Source: Clostridium sp. (GTDB taxonomy: Bacteria; Bacillota; Clostridia; Lachnospirales; Lachnospiraceae). Taken from it: 64,000 bases of DNA. The notes under the pieces were generated by a model. That model made no database searches and was not told where the DNA came from. It was given only the letters and a program-made list of their open reading frames with translations. A program made the translations under genes and the position numbers. The DNA is taken from contig JAMPFF010000010.1 in the NCBI GenBank assembly GCA_023664605.1, positions 13,174-77,173 of the forward strand, given 5' to 3'. Positions 38,568-49,100 of the stretch are shown here, piece by piece (position 1 is the first letter of the stretch; every line of letters starts with the position of its first letter).

Positions 38568-39905
38568 TTAATCTGCGGCGTTTTTATGCCGCCCTGTTAT
38601 ATAATACCATGTTCCCGTCAAATCCGCCAGAGCCCAGCCAATCGGCACCGCCATCCAGATACCGGTTACGCCGAGCGCGGGAATCGCCGACAGCAGATAT
38701 GCCAAAACAACTCTTGTACCTAACGACACTACTGTCAGAATAACCGAAACGCCCGGTTTATTGACGGCGCGGTAATATCCGTAAAATAAGAACAACAGTC
38801 CGATACCAAAATAAAATGCCGCCTCAATATGCAGATAACCGACACCAACCGCAATCGTTTCTACACTCTCTTTATCAATGAACAGGCACATGAGCTGCCT
38901 CGCAAAACCGCATACCAGCACGGTAATAATCAGACAGAAAATGAAAACGCTGACAACGGCGTCGCGCATTCCCTTTCGGATCCTGTCCTGCCTGCCCGCG
39001 CCATAATTCTGCGCGACATAGGTGGAAAAGGCGTTCCCGAAGTCCTGCACAGGCGCATAGGCGAAAGAATCTATTTTGACCGCCGCCGCAAAAGCCGCCA
39101 TCACGACAGCGCCAAAACTATTCACAAGCCCCTGCACCATCAGGATGCCGAAATTCATAATGGACTGCTGCACGCAGGTCAGCGCAGAAAGCCCCGCCAG
39201 TTCTTTTAAAATCCCTTTATCAAAACAGCGGTTTTCCTTTTTTACCCTAAGATTGGGATAGCGGGCAAAATAATAAAGTAAGATGCCAATCCCCGCCAGA
39301 TATTGGGAAACCGCCGTCGCTGCCGCCGCACCGGAAACGCCCCAGCCAAAGCCTCTGATAAAAAGAATGTCTAACGCAATATTAAACAGCGCGGACGCGC
39401 CTAAAAAACAGAGTGGAACAAGCGAATTACCGACCGAACGCAGCAGATTCGCCACAAAATTATATAAAAAAACCGCCATAATGCCCGCAAATATCCACAT
39501 AAAGTATTCTTTCATAAGCGGTACGATTTCATGCGGAACCCGCATAAAGAAAAAGATGCCGTCCATACCGGCATAGAGCAGAACATTTAAGAAAACCGAC
39601 ACGGCGCCAATCGTGACAAACGCAATAAAAAGACCTTTTTCCAGTCTGTCAAACGCTTTCGCGCCAAACTGCATAGAAAAAAAGGCGCTGCTTCCCATGC
39701 AGAGCCCTATGATAATCGACGTTACAAATACCATAAGCGTGTAGGCGCTGCCTACCGCCGCCAGCGCATTTTCCCCAAGGTAACGTCCGACAATCAGTGT
39801 ATCGACAATATTGTATAACTGCTGCAGCATATTCCCTATCATAATCGGAAAGGCAAACTTCAACAGGTTTTTCATGATGCTTCCTTTGGTTAAATCCAGG
39901 TTCAT
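38568..39905 (-). CDS. MATE-family efflux transporter
   Basis: GNMLQQLYNIVDTLIVGRYLGENALAAVG, AQNYGAG. Confidence 0.92.
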   Translation of the reverse strand: MNLDLTKGSIMKNLLKFAFPIMIGNMLQQLYNIVDTLIVGRYLGENALAAVGSAYTLMVFVTSIIIGLCMGSSAFFSMQFGAKAFDRLEKGLFIAFVTIGAVSVFLNVLLYAGMDGIFFFMRVPHEIVPLMKEYFMWIFAGIMAVFLYNFVANLLRSVGNSLVPLCFLGASALFNIALDILFIRGFGWGVSGAAAATAVSQYLAGIGILLYYFARYPNLRVKKENRCFDKGILKELAGLSALTCVQQSIMNFGILMVQGLVNSFGAVVMAAFAAAVKIDSFAYAPVQDFGNAFSTYVAQNYGAGRQDRIRKGMRDAVVSVFIFCLIITVLVCGFARQLMCLFIDKESVETIAVGVGYLHIEAAFYFGIGLLFLFYGYYRAVNKPGVSVILTVVSLGTRVVLAYLLSAIPALGVTGIWMAVPIGWALADLTGTWYYITGRHKNAAD

Positions 39906-39945
39906 ACTGCGCAGTCCTTATCTTGTCAATTTTTTCCCGGCAGAT

Positions 39946-41457
39946 TTAGTACCGTTTGATTTTCTTAGACGGCGTTTTTTCAAACTCCGTTTCCCGTGTT
40001 TTCATACGATAGATACGCTTATATACCGGCGCGCCCTGATTGTAATCGTCTATTATCTTTTGCAGAGCGGCTTCGATATCCGTGATCTTTTTCTTTTTGG
40101 CGTAATCGTAATCCGGGAAAATCTCCGCCTCGATAACGCCCTCGCTTTCACGGACAAGGATTTCCTGTACGAGACGCGCTTCGCCGATTTTATTTTCCAG
40201 TTCCTCAGGAGAAACATTCTCCCCGTTTTTCGTAATAATCAGATTTTTCTTTCTTCCGGTCAAAAAAACAAAACCGTTCTCGTCCGCGTAGCCCAAATCT
40301 CCGGTCGCCAGCCAGCCGTCGTGAAGCGCCTGCGCGGTTTCCTCCGGCATCTTATAATATCCCATCATAACGCTGCTGCCGCGGACCCACAGCTCCTCGT
40401 CCACGGTCTTTGCCTCACAGTTGGGAATCAACTGCCCTACGGACTCTTTTTTGATATTCCAGCTTACCGTCGTACTGATAACCGGCGCGCACTCCGTCAT
40501 GCCGTAGCCCTGTAAGATGGTAATGCCGTATTTTTCAAATAAATCGATATACGCCGGATTTAAGTATGCGCCTCCGCTGCATATCGTATGGAACTGACTG
40601 CCGAATATCTGCTTTTTCACAAGCTTTTTGGGCAGACCCGACACGTCCTCCAGCTTCTTTGCAATCGTCTCTATCATCAGCGGAACCATCAAAATCATAT
40701 GCGGCTGGAACAGCTTGATATTTTTTACCACGCGCAAAAGCGAGTCGTTGATGCAGATAACGGCGCCAAGCGACATTCCCTTTAAAATATCCATGCTTAA
40801 ACAATAAGCATGATGAATCGGCAATACGGATAAAATAACCGTCCTTTCGGGAATCTTCATATCCAGACAGGTCGCATTTTCCGCCAGATTCCTATGGGTC
40901 AGCATAACGCCCTTGCTCTTTCCGGTCGTGCCTGACGTATACATAATCGTACAGAGCGCGTCCGGCGAAACCGATTCTTCGTATGTTCCCGTCTGCTTTT
41001 CCAGAAGTTCTTTTAAGGAAAGCACGCTGTCGTCATCCGGCGTTTCTTTCTGCATGGAAATGAGATGTTTTATCTGAGGGCAGCGTTCTTTTGCCATCTC
41101 CGCCACGTCGCGGCGCATCTCATCGAAAACAAATGTTGTCACGTCCGCCCTGTCAAGCAGCTCGCACATCTCCTCTGCCGGCAGGGAAGCGTCTAACGGA
41201 ACCGCCACGCTTGAGCTGTTGACCGTTCCCAGATAGGTAATAAGCCACTCGTAGGACGTCGCACCCGTAACGGCGATATGGCTTCCTGTTTCCCCGAGTT
41301 TTTTTAAGGCAAGGGAAAAATGCTCGCTGTCCTGCTTTAACTGCGTATATGTTTTTGCCGCTACCTCGTTTTTGCCCGCTTTATAGCGGACGGCGTCCTC
41401 GCCGCCGAACTTTTTTTCCGTCTGCACGAGTATTTCACGAATTGTATTATATGTCAT
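39946..41457 (-). CDS. Long-chain fatty acyl-AMP/CoA ligase (adenylation enzyme)
   Basis: YTSGTTGKSKG, GYGMTE, TGDLG, GRKKNLII. Confidence 0.9.
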   Translation of the reverse strand: MTYNTIREILVQTEKKFGGEDAVRYKAGKNEVAAKTYTQLKQDSEHFSLALKKLGETGSHIAVTGATSYEWLITYLGTVNSSSVAVPLDASLPAEEMCELLDRADVTTFVFDEMRRDVAEMAKERCPQIKHLISMQKETPDDDSVLSLKELLEKQTGTYEESVSPDALCTIMYTSGTTGKSKGVMLTHRNLAENATCLDMKIPERTVILSVLPIHHAYCLSMDILKGMSLGAVICINDSLLRVVKNIKLFQPHMILMVPLMIETIAKKLEDVSGLPKKLVKKQIFGSQFHTICSGGAYLNPAYIDLFEKYGITILQGYGMTECAPVISTTVSWNIKKESVGQLIPNCEAKTVDEELWVRGSSVMMGYYKMPEETAQALHDGWLATGDLGYADENGFVFLTGRKKNLIITKNGENVSPEELENKIGEARLVQEILVRESEGVIEAEIFPDYDYAKKKKITDIEAALQKIIDDYNQGAPVYKRIYRMKTRETEFEKTPSKKIKRY

Positions 41458-41699
41458 TTAGCGTCCTCCGTCAATGATTCCAGATATTCCACCGCTTCCT
41501 GTATCGTTCTGATATTAGCGGCTTTCTGCTCGTCCACCTCGATATCAAATTCATCCTCCAACTCTCCCAGCATACTCATGAAGTCAAAGGAAGTAAAGTC
41601 CAAATCCTCCATAAACCGTGACTGCGGCGTAATGTTCTCCGGTTTTACCTCCACATAATTACAGATAACGCTTACTAATTTCTCATACATATTCATCAA
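41454..41699 (-). CDS. Acyl carrier protein (T domain)
   Basis: 81 aa, acidic; DLDFTSFDFMSML with putative phosphopantetheine Ser; overlaps the ligase start. Confidence 0.88.
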   Translation of the reverse strand: MMNMYEKLVSVICNYVEVKPENITPQSRFMEDLDFTSFDFMSMLGELEDEFDIEVDEQKAANIRTIQEAVEYLESLTEDAK

Positions 41700-41723
41700 C
41701 CTCTTTTCTTTCTAAATTCATTT

Positions 41724-41930
41724 CAGGTAATTGCGAAACGCCTTTGGAAAGCGTTTGGCATTGGGTAACATATACAAATCCATAAGCGGGGACTGTGAGA
41801 CCGTCGGTGCTTATATGCGGTATTTTCGCATATTATGCACCGCTACGGTTGAACTGTAGCGAAAGCGACCCGCGTTGGATTGTATATGCTGCCCATAGGC
41901 AATACTTTGTTAGCGTTTTGCAATTACCTG
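41724..41930. repeat. Nested palindromic intergenic element B, homologue of element A in opposite orientation
   Basis: Outer 17/18 IR CAGGTAATTGCGAAACGC (41724-41741)/(41913-41930); inner IR GGGTAACATATAC...GTATATGCTGCCC; core shared with A. Confidence 0.85.
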
Positions 41931-41944
41931 TATCAATTTACTTT

Positions 41945-43348
41945 TTATACTAACATCATAATATCCCCTATCGGCATATCCGGATTTTCCGTTCCTTTAA
42001 ACATAATCTTGCAAAGATAGTAATATAAGTATTCCAGCTCTTTTCGGGAAACGGCTTTAATCTGATGCTCAAAATTAAAGTCCAGCCCGTTATCGTCCGG
42101 TCTGTGCATAACCGTCAGATACATACCCTGTGTCGTCGCGCCGTTCGGGTACCACTTTGTCTTGTATTTGATGCCGCCCAGCCTGTCCAGTCCTTTTTCT
42201 TTCAGCGTAAGCGGCTGATAGGTCAGAGACATCGGCTCGTATGTCCGTCCGTTTTCAATATGATAATATTTTGTGCGGTGCGCAAAATAGGAAACGGGGT
42301 TATAGTTTGCATGGCGGAACATCTCGTTCTGCCTGTCGCGGATTTCATAAATGCCTTCTAAAAAAGTCTTTTCTTTCGGGATAATCGTTCTAAACGGAAA
42401 AGAATGAATCCTTGTGCCGCCGGATTTTTTCTCGGAAAGCGTCGCCCGTCTGGCAATCGCGGTATTAATAGAGACGTCGTCGTTGCCGTTCATCTTCTGG
42501 AAATATGTCCGAAGTCCCATCAATAACAGACAGGCTAACGATACATGATATTTCTCGCAAAAATCCATCAACCGTTTCGTCGGCTCCTCCTCCAGATGGA
42601 AAATATCGAGCGTAGCGTCTACCGAGTCGGACACATTGACAGCCGCCCGCAGTTTATCATTACCGCTTTTTTTTCTTTCCGCGTCTAACTTTTTCGTGCC
42701 GTCGATACCGTTATAAATCGGCTCCGAGCTTTCTATCAGGTTATGGAAAAACGCCTCGTCGCGCTCCTTTGCCTTACAGCCCGCCTCATAGGCAAGGTCT
42801 TTTTTCAACTGCTCGATATAGGACGCCATCTCGCTTGGATACTCGATTCCCTCATAGTTGGCGCTGCAATATATTTCTATAATGTCTTTCATAAAACAGA
42901 TGAGGGACTGCGCGTCCATCGTAATATGGTCGGCTAAAAAGTAGATGCCGTTATAGCCGTCCGGCATATGAATCATAACAATCCTGTTAAGCGGCGCGTC
43001 GTGATGCTCAAACGGAACCTCTGTCCATTTCTGCATGATGCTCTCCGCTTCTTCTACCGTCTTATCCGAGAAGTCCACAAATTCGATATCGCGCTCCTCT
43101 TTATCCACCACATACTGGTACCAGTTGCCCTCCTTATCCTGCGCCAAGCGGAGCCGCATGGAATCGCAGCGTTCATACGCCTTATAAATCGCCTTTTTTA
43201 ACTCGTTCCAGTTTAAGTCCACCTCAATCGTCAGACTCGTGCCAATGTTGACAACCTGTTTTTTCGGGCAGAACTCCAAATAATATAAATGGAATTTCTG
43301 CGCCACCGTCAGCGGATATACCGGATATCCTTTTCTTTTCTGCATCAT
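41945..43348 (-). CDS. Stand-alone NRPS-type condensation (C) domain protein
   Basis: YPLTVAQ (C1), RCDSMR (C2), ADHITMDAQS (HHxxxD variant); no A or T domain fused. Confidence 0.85.
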   Translation of the reverse strand: MMQKRKGYPVYPLTVAQKFHLYYLEFCPKKQVVNIGTSLTIEVDLNWNELKKAIYKAYERCDSMRLRLAQDKEGNWYQYVVDKEERDIEFVDFSDKTVEEAESIMQKWTEVPFEHHDAPLNRIVMIHMPDGYNGIYFLADHITMDAQSLICFMKDIIEIYCSANYEGIEYPSEMASYIEQLKKDLAYEAGCKAKERDEAFFHNLIESSEPIYNGIDGTKKLDAERKKSGNDKLRAAVNVSDSVDATLDIFHLEEEPTKRLMDFCEKYHVSLACLLLMGLRTYFQKMNGNDDVSINTAIARRATLSEKKSGGTRIHSFPFRTIIPKEKTFLEGIYEIRDRQNEMFRHANYNPVSYFAHRTKYYHIENGRTYEPMSLTYQPLTLKEKGLDRLGGIKYKTKWYPNGATTQGMYLTVMHRPDDNGLDFNFEHQIKAVSRKELEYLYYYLCKIMFKGTENPDMPIGDIMMLV

Positions 43349-43386
43349 TTCTTTTTAACCTCTACTCTTTCTGTTGCAATAAATTG

Positions 43387-44340
43387 TTACATTTCTATTT
43401 CTTTCCTAAACTCATCCAGCGCATTCTCATACGCCGCCGTGTCTATATAATAGCTTTCCGCATGTGCGGCGCCCGCTACTATCAACTTTTTCTTCGGCGC
43501 GCTGCAGTTATTGTAAATTTCCTCACACATACTGCACGGCACAAAGGTATCGGCGTCCCCGTGAATCATAAGAATGGGAACAACCGCTTTTTGCACTTCT
43601 CGCGCTGCATTGCACTCATCCATACCGTATCCTGCTTTTTTTCGGTTTACATAATCTGCTATCTGCATCAGCGGAAACGCCGGTAAATGATACATGGAAT
43701 GCAGTACATGCGTAAAAACCTCTTTCGGTGAAGTAAAACCGCAGTCCGATACAATCCCCTTGACCTGACCGGGAAGTTTTAGACCGCTTGCCATTAAGAC
43801 CGTCGCTCCGCCCATGGAGGTGCCATGCAGAAGAATCTCTACATCTTCGCCGCATGTTTCGATTACCCATGCAATCCATTGAAGCGCATCCTGCCTGTCC
43901 AGACAGCCGAAACCGATATAGTCGCCCTCGCTCTGTCCGTGCGCCCTCTCGTCCACCAAAAGCATCGCATAACCGTTATGTAAATAATAACCTGACAGTC
44001 CAATATAGTCTTTCATGCCCTCGCTTGTATAGCCGTGAAAGCAAATGACAAGTTTCTTACTTTTTTCGTTCGGAAAATAAACCCCATGCAGTTTCAAACC
44101 ATCAAACGATTGGCAATATACATCTTCGTGGGGCTGTGCGAGCATATATTCCTTACGCTCCCCGATAAAGGGCATATGCCTACTCCAATCGGTTCCCGCC
44201 ATTTTTATCGTCCGCTCTGTTTTTGCTTTCCCACGCTTCATTGTCCTTCTATAAAAATATGCCGCTTCCGCTATCTGCGCCGTCGCTATCACGCCCGCCG
44301 CTCCGGCTGCTGCCATTACGCCTTTTAAAGCCTTTTTCAT
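43387..44340 (-). CDS. Alpha/beta hydrolase
   Basis: FHGY, HGTSMGG (GxSxG), HGDAD, GAAHAES. Confidence 0.9.
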   Translation of the reverse strand: MKKALKGVMAAAGAAGVIATAQIAEAAYFYRRTMKRGKAKTERTIKMAGTDWSRHMPFIGERKEYMLAQPHEDVYCQSFDGLKLHGVYFPNEKSKKLVICFHGYTSEGMKDYIGLSGYYLHNGYAMLLVDERAHGQSEGDYIGFGCLDRQDALQWIAWVIETCGEDVEILLHGTSMGGATVLMASGLKLPGQVKGIVSDCGFTSPKEVFTHVLHSMYHLPAFPLMQIADYVNRKKAGYGMDECNAAREVQKAVVPILMIHGDADTFVPCSMCEEIYNNCSAPKKKLIVAGAAHAESYYIDTAAYENALDEFRKEIEM

Positions 44341-44373
44341 ATAATAACCATGCCTTTCTCCCTATCCGATACG

Positions 44374-44706
44374 TTACTTCTTCTTACTGTCAATCAGGCT
44401 CTTTAATTTCAGCGCCTTATCAATATTGCCCTCTACCTTTAATTTCTGCAAGGTAACCGCCATTATCGGGTCCTGCTCTCCTGAAGCAATTTTCATCAAC
44501 GTCTCCGCTTTCGCCGTAAACATGGCGTCTCTGTCGAAATATTCATAGGGCTCCACATACAGCTTGCCGTCTTTTACCTCTACATAAAAAATGCCCTCAG
44601 CCTCACCGATAATATTGAACTGATAAGCCAGATGCTCCGTCACGTCGCTGACGTCCGCCTCCATAAACTGATTTTTTACCTGTGCGAAAAATTCCGCATA
44701 TGTCAT
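44374..44706 (-). CDS. SCP2 sterol/lipid-binding domain protein
   Basis: QDPIMAVTLQKLKVEGNIDKAL typical of the SCP2 C-terminus. Confidence 0.85.
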   Translation of the reverse strand: MTYAEFFAQVKNQFMEADVSDVTEHLAYQFNIIGEAEGIFYVEVKDGKLYVEPYEYFDRDAMFTAKAETLMKIASGEQDPIMAVTLQKLKVEGNIDKALKLKSLIDSKKK

Positions 44707-44828
44707 ATCTTTATCCTCCCTCTTTTTGACAAAAATCGACCGCTAGTCGAATTAGTGTTATCATTAGATTATCACTATTCCGACCAGCGGTCAACTAATA
44801 AATTCGGATTGTATCGGGCTTTTATCAT

Positions 44829-45125
44829 TTATAAATCGCTCTTCTTGTACCCAATCTCCACCTTTTCATTTTTCTTCTGAATTTCCGCTAACATCTGTTT
44901 CACGATATCTTTCGAGGTCGCTTCTACCTTAATCAGTTCATCCTCTGTCGTTTTCAGCATTAAAAAGAACATATCAAAGCTCGCCACGCCGCAGCAAAGC
45001 CTGCCGTTTACTTCCTCGATTCTAAGATATGCCTGCCGGACGGCTTCATACGGCAGCGTATACCATTTAAAACCTTTCTTATATGCAATTTCACTGTCTC
45101 TTAAATGAATCTTCTTATCTTCCAT
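44829..45125 (-). CDS. Hypothetical protein
   Basis: 98-aa ORF with GGAGG upstream; contains LCCG. Confidence 0.65.
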   Translation of the reverse strand: MEDKKIHLRDSEIAYKKGFKWYTLPYEAVRQAYLRIEEVNGRLCCGVASFDMFFLMLKTTEDELIKVEATSKDIVKQMLAEIQKKNEKVEIGYKKSDL

Positions 45126-45243
45126 ATAATTTCATACCTCCCGTTTCGATTGTCAGTGTTTCAAACCAGTAAAAAAGTAACGCCGCAATAGCTGCTATCA
45201 AAAAAATGAAAAAGCCTTTCAACACTTTTTTCACATAATGCAT
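45115..45243 (-). CDS. Small single-TM membrane protein (42 aa; below the ORF-track cutoff)
   Basis: GGAGG-6nt-ATG; MHYVKKVLKGFFIFLIAAIAALLFYWFETLTIETGGMKLYGR; overlaps the next ORF by 11 nt. Confidence 0.55.
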   Translation of the reverse strand: MHYVKKVLKGFFIFLIAAIAALLFYWFETLTIETGGMKLYGR

Positions 45244-45276
45244 AAAATGCCTCCATCCCCATTTTCATCATAATAT

Positions 45277-45310
45277 AAAACGACACAGCCGATTCGCAAC
45301 TGTGCCGTTT
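45277..45310 (-). terminator. Intrinsic terminator after the lipoprotein gene
   Basis: Minus strand AAACGGCACAG...CTGTGTCGTTT followed by TAT. Confidence 0.6.
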
Positions 45311-45324
45311 AGAATTATTGCTAT

Positions 45325-45999
45325 TTACTGTTGTAATAAAGCGTTTAATGCCTCGATATCAAAAAGGTCTGTCTCAAACGCAACAACATCCGCTGAGTTC
45401 GGCTGCCATAACTGGTCTTTTATCTCTACTTTGATGGTTGCCGTTGTCGGCGCGTCATAAGTTACATTTGCCAAAGCGCTGTTAAAGCTGTCAACATAAG
45501 CCGCAAACAATTTTTCTTTTAACTCGTCTTTGGAGGGCCTCTCCGCTGCGTTCAATGATTCCAATTCAGCTTCCAAGCTTTCCACTGCGTCTATATATGC
45601 CTGAATTGCCGGTGCAAACGCGTTAATCTGCTCATAGGAAACAGTTACTACATAAGAACCGTCATCCTGTTTCTCAGCGCCCTCAACCGTATATTTTGTT
45701 TTACCATAAATATCTTTCATGATTTCCTCAACCTGCACACGCTGCTCATCAGAAACCGGGCCTGCGCCTGATATTTCGATTAAGCTATCCACTTCGCCGC
45801 TTAAAGCTGTTTCATAAATTTCTGCCGCTTCTTCAGTAGTGCCGATTTTCATAGATACGAATTTGGTGGAATCATTTTTATAAGAGTTATCCAAAATTGC
45901 GCTGATATAGCCTGCCGCATCGAAAGACGCTCCACAGCCTCCCAGGAAAGCAGCCAGCATAACGCATACTAATATCACTGATAATTTTTTCATTTTCAT
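45325..45999 (-). CDS. Hypothetical lipoprotein
   Basis: Likely start MKMKKL; lipobox LGGC. Confidence 0.8.
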   Translation of the reverse strand: MKMKKLSVILVCVMLAAFLGGCGASFDAAGYISAILDNSYKNDSTKFVSMKIGTTEEAAEIYETALSGEVDSLIEISGAGPVSDEQRVQVEEIMKDIYGKTKYTVEGAEKQDDGSYVVTVSYEQINAFAPAIQAYIDAVESLEAELESLNAAERPSKDELKEKLFAAYVDSFNSALANVTYDAPTTATIKVEIKDQLWQPNSADVVAFETDLFDIEALNALLQQ

Positions 46000-46107
46000 T
46001 TCTGAATCCTCCCACATTTTGCCCGTGTACTTTAATGAATAAATCATCCAGAGAATAAATCTATCAGGCTTTGAGGGGTTTGTCAATAGGTTTTTGCTAT
46101 TTTCAGG

Positions 46108-49100
46108 TTATGCAATTTCCTCAGAATTTCGTTTGATATTCTCCACTACTTCCATAATTTGTTTCGCAGTTTTCATATCATCCTTGAACAAAGTTGTAAT
46201 ACTGCCTACTGACCTGAACGGTTCTTCCATAAGCACTTTATTATCATCAATATTTCCGTTCGCAACAATATAATCTACAATAAGATTAACAAAACGTATC
46301 TGATTAATATTCAAACGCTCTTCTTTAAGGAATTCACTAAACGCTTCATTTACAGCAGTTCTATCTACTCCAATAATCCGGCGGACAAGCCTGCCGACAG
46401 GTGTATCCCCATATTCTTTTACATAGTCTTCTTTAGATCCAAGTTCCTGCCATAAAATACGTTCCAGTTCTTTAAGGTCACTTTCGGATAATTGCTTATT
46501 GTTCCTAAGTTTATATACAGAAATCCTATCACTATGTTCTTTTAAATAGAATTCAACTTTTTTACGATAATTCTGTAAATCACTGCTATCATAAATCGGC
46601 TCACCCTTAGCTGCATCAACAATAGTATCAGCAAAATTGGTATAATAAACCCTTTGTACAATCTTATCCAAATATTGCAGCAGTTCACGCATAGCTACCC
46701 TCACCGTATCAAGTTCCATAATCGTTGCCTGCTCCCAAAACTCTGCCTGCTGTACTCTCTCAATAACTTCTCTCTGTTCTGCCACCTGCGGGATTGCATA
46801 CTTTGCAGACAAACGCTGTGCCGTTTGGATTACAATATTGACAGGCGTTTGGATTTTCTTACTTTGCAGTATTCCTAAGTCAATACTATATATCAGATAA
46901 TCAAAACGTCTCGCAAGTTCATCTTCCTTTTTAGGTTTCACAAGCGGCGCAATATGTTCCTTAATCTCCGAAATCTCAACAGACTCAAGATTATTCCAGC
47001 TAGAACGGCTGCGATACATTTCAACATATCTCAAATGTCTTTTTACCATAAAACTGCCATTATTTAATTCCATAACTGATTGGTGCAAATCATCTGCCAA
47101 ATTGTTTCTATAAGAAACATAATATTCATCAGTCATAAAAGATGAAGACTGTAGTTCCCGACAAATCTGTGCCTTTATATTATAAATTTTCTCACACAGT
47201 GTTTCCTGGATGCCGGTTTCGCTGCCGTTTTTATTCACTCTGAAATACTCAAAATTATTGCAAAAATCAAAAATTAAAAATCTTTCTTTATCAATTCCTT
47301 CTCCCAGCAAATTCGGACATAGCCTTGTTCCTCTGCCAATCATCTGCCAAAACTTTGCATAACTTCTGACTTTTTTAAAAAACACCAAGTTCAAAATTTC
47401 CGGGATATCAATCCCAGTATCAAGCATATCTACAGATACTGCAATCTGTGGCATTGTATTTTTTATGCTAAAATCATCTATCAAAGAATCACAATACTTA
47501 ATACTATAATCAATCTGCTTTATAAAATCCCCGCCGCATTCCGGAAATAAAACGTTAAACCTCTTTACAATAATCTGTGCATGCAGGCTGTTTTTGGCAA
47601 AGATAATTGTTTTACCAAGTTTATCTCCTCCTTCAATTTTAAGTCCTTTTTCCATAAGTTCTTTTAATACCTTATCAATGGTATCCGTATTAAAAAGCCA
47701 TGAGTTGATTGCAGAACTTGCAATATCATCTTCAATTGCCTCATCCTCTCCGAAAGTTTCCTCATATTCCTCTTTTTCTTCATCCGATAAATCATCATAA
47801 TGAATGCCATCTTCCATGATTTTGGTCTTATACTCAAGGGTTGAATAAGTAACCAGATACCCTTCCTCAACAGCTTTTTCCAATTCATACGCGAAAGTAG
47901 GCACGCCTCTTTCAAGGTCAAAGATACTATATGTATTTTTATCAATTTCATTTTTAGGTGTTGCAGTCATACCCAAGAGCAGAGCATCAAAGTATTCAAA
48001 AACCTCCCGATATTTTCTGTAAATAGAGCGATGAACCTCATCACAGATAATCAAGTCAAAATGGCCCGGACTGAACAATCTTTCTCCAAACTTATTTTTC
48101 TTCTCATCAATTGCATTCATCATCGTCGGATAAGTAGAAAAAATCATGCGGGAAGACTCCGGGTCATCTTTGCTGTCCAGCAGATTACAACATGGCAAAT
48201 CACTAAGCAGATTTGTATAACTGTTCTTTGCCTGTCTCACTAAGGCAGTTCTGTCCGCCAAAAAAAGAATATTTTTCACGTAATTATGACGTCTTAATAC
48301 ATCTACCACACTGATACTTACTCTTGTTTTACCAGAGCCAGTTGCCTGTACAATAAGCATTTTTCTATGTTTTTTAGCAATAGCATCACAAACAGCAGTA
48401 ACCGCTTCTTTCTGATACGGACGATTCGTAATAGCATCACTGATTTCTATATTCTCTAATGGTTTACGCTGCTTTCTTCTATCAATTTCTAATTGCAATT
48501 CATTCTGTGTAAAAAATCCCGAAACCTCCCGGCTGGCATATCCCATATAATCATTCGTATAAAAAAACTCAAATCCGTTTGTCGTATAAATCAAAGGCCG
48601 TCTGCCATATCGATTTTGCATACAATCAGCATAAAGTTTTGCCTGCTGATTTCCGACCATTGCATTAACAGAGGCTTTCTTTGCCTCAACCACCGCAAGA
48701 GGAAGATTATCCTTTCCCCACAGTACATAATCTACATAACCAATTTTTGTACTATTAGGCATCCCTGTAACAGGCTCTTCAACCGTGCAGTTTCTTCCGA
48801 TAATCCAACCGGCTTCCTGTAATTCCACATCAATATACTTCTTTCTCGTTTCTGCTTCACTAATTGTATCTATATGGAATTCTCTTGTCTGGGTATGATG
48901 CTTACGTTCTTCGGTCATTTGCCTGCGAAGGCTCTCATTTTCCTTAAGAACTTCCGCAAGTTTTTTATCTTTACTGCTTAAATTCTCATATAATAATTTT
49001 AATTCATCCGCCTTTATGCGTTTTTCGTCTCCAGATGATAAAATTGATTCATCAAAAGTTCTTTCTTCATACTCCTTGGAATAAGAATAGTCAATCCAAT

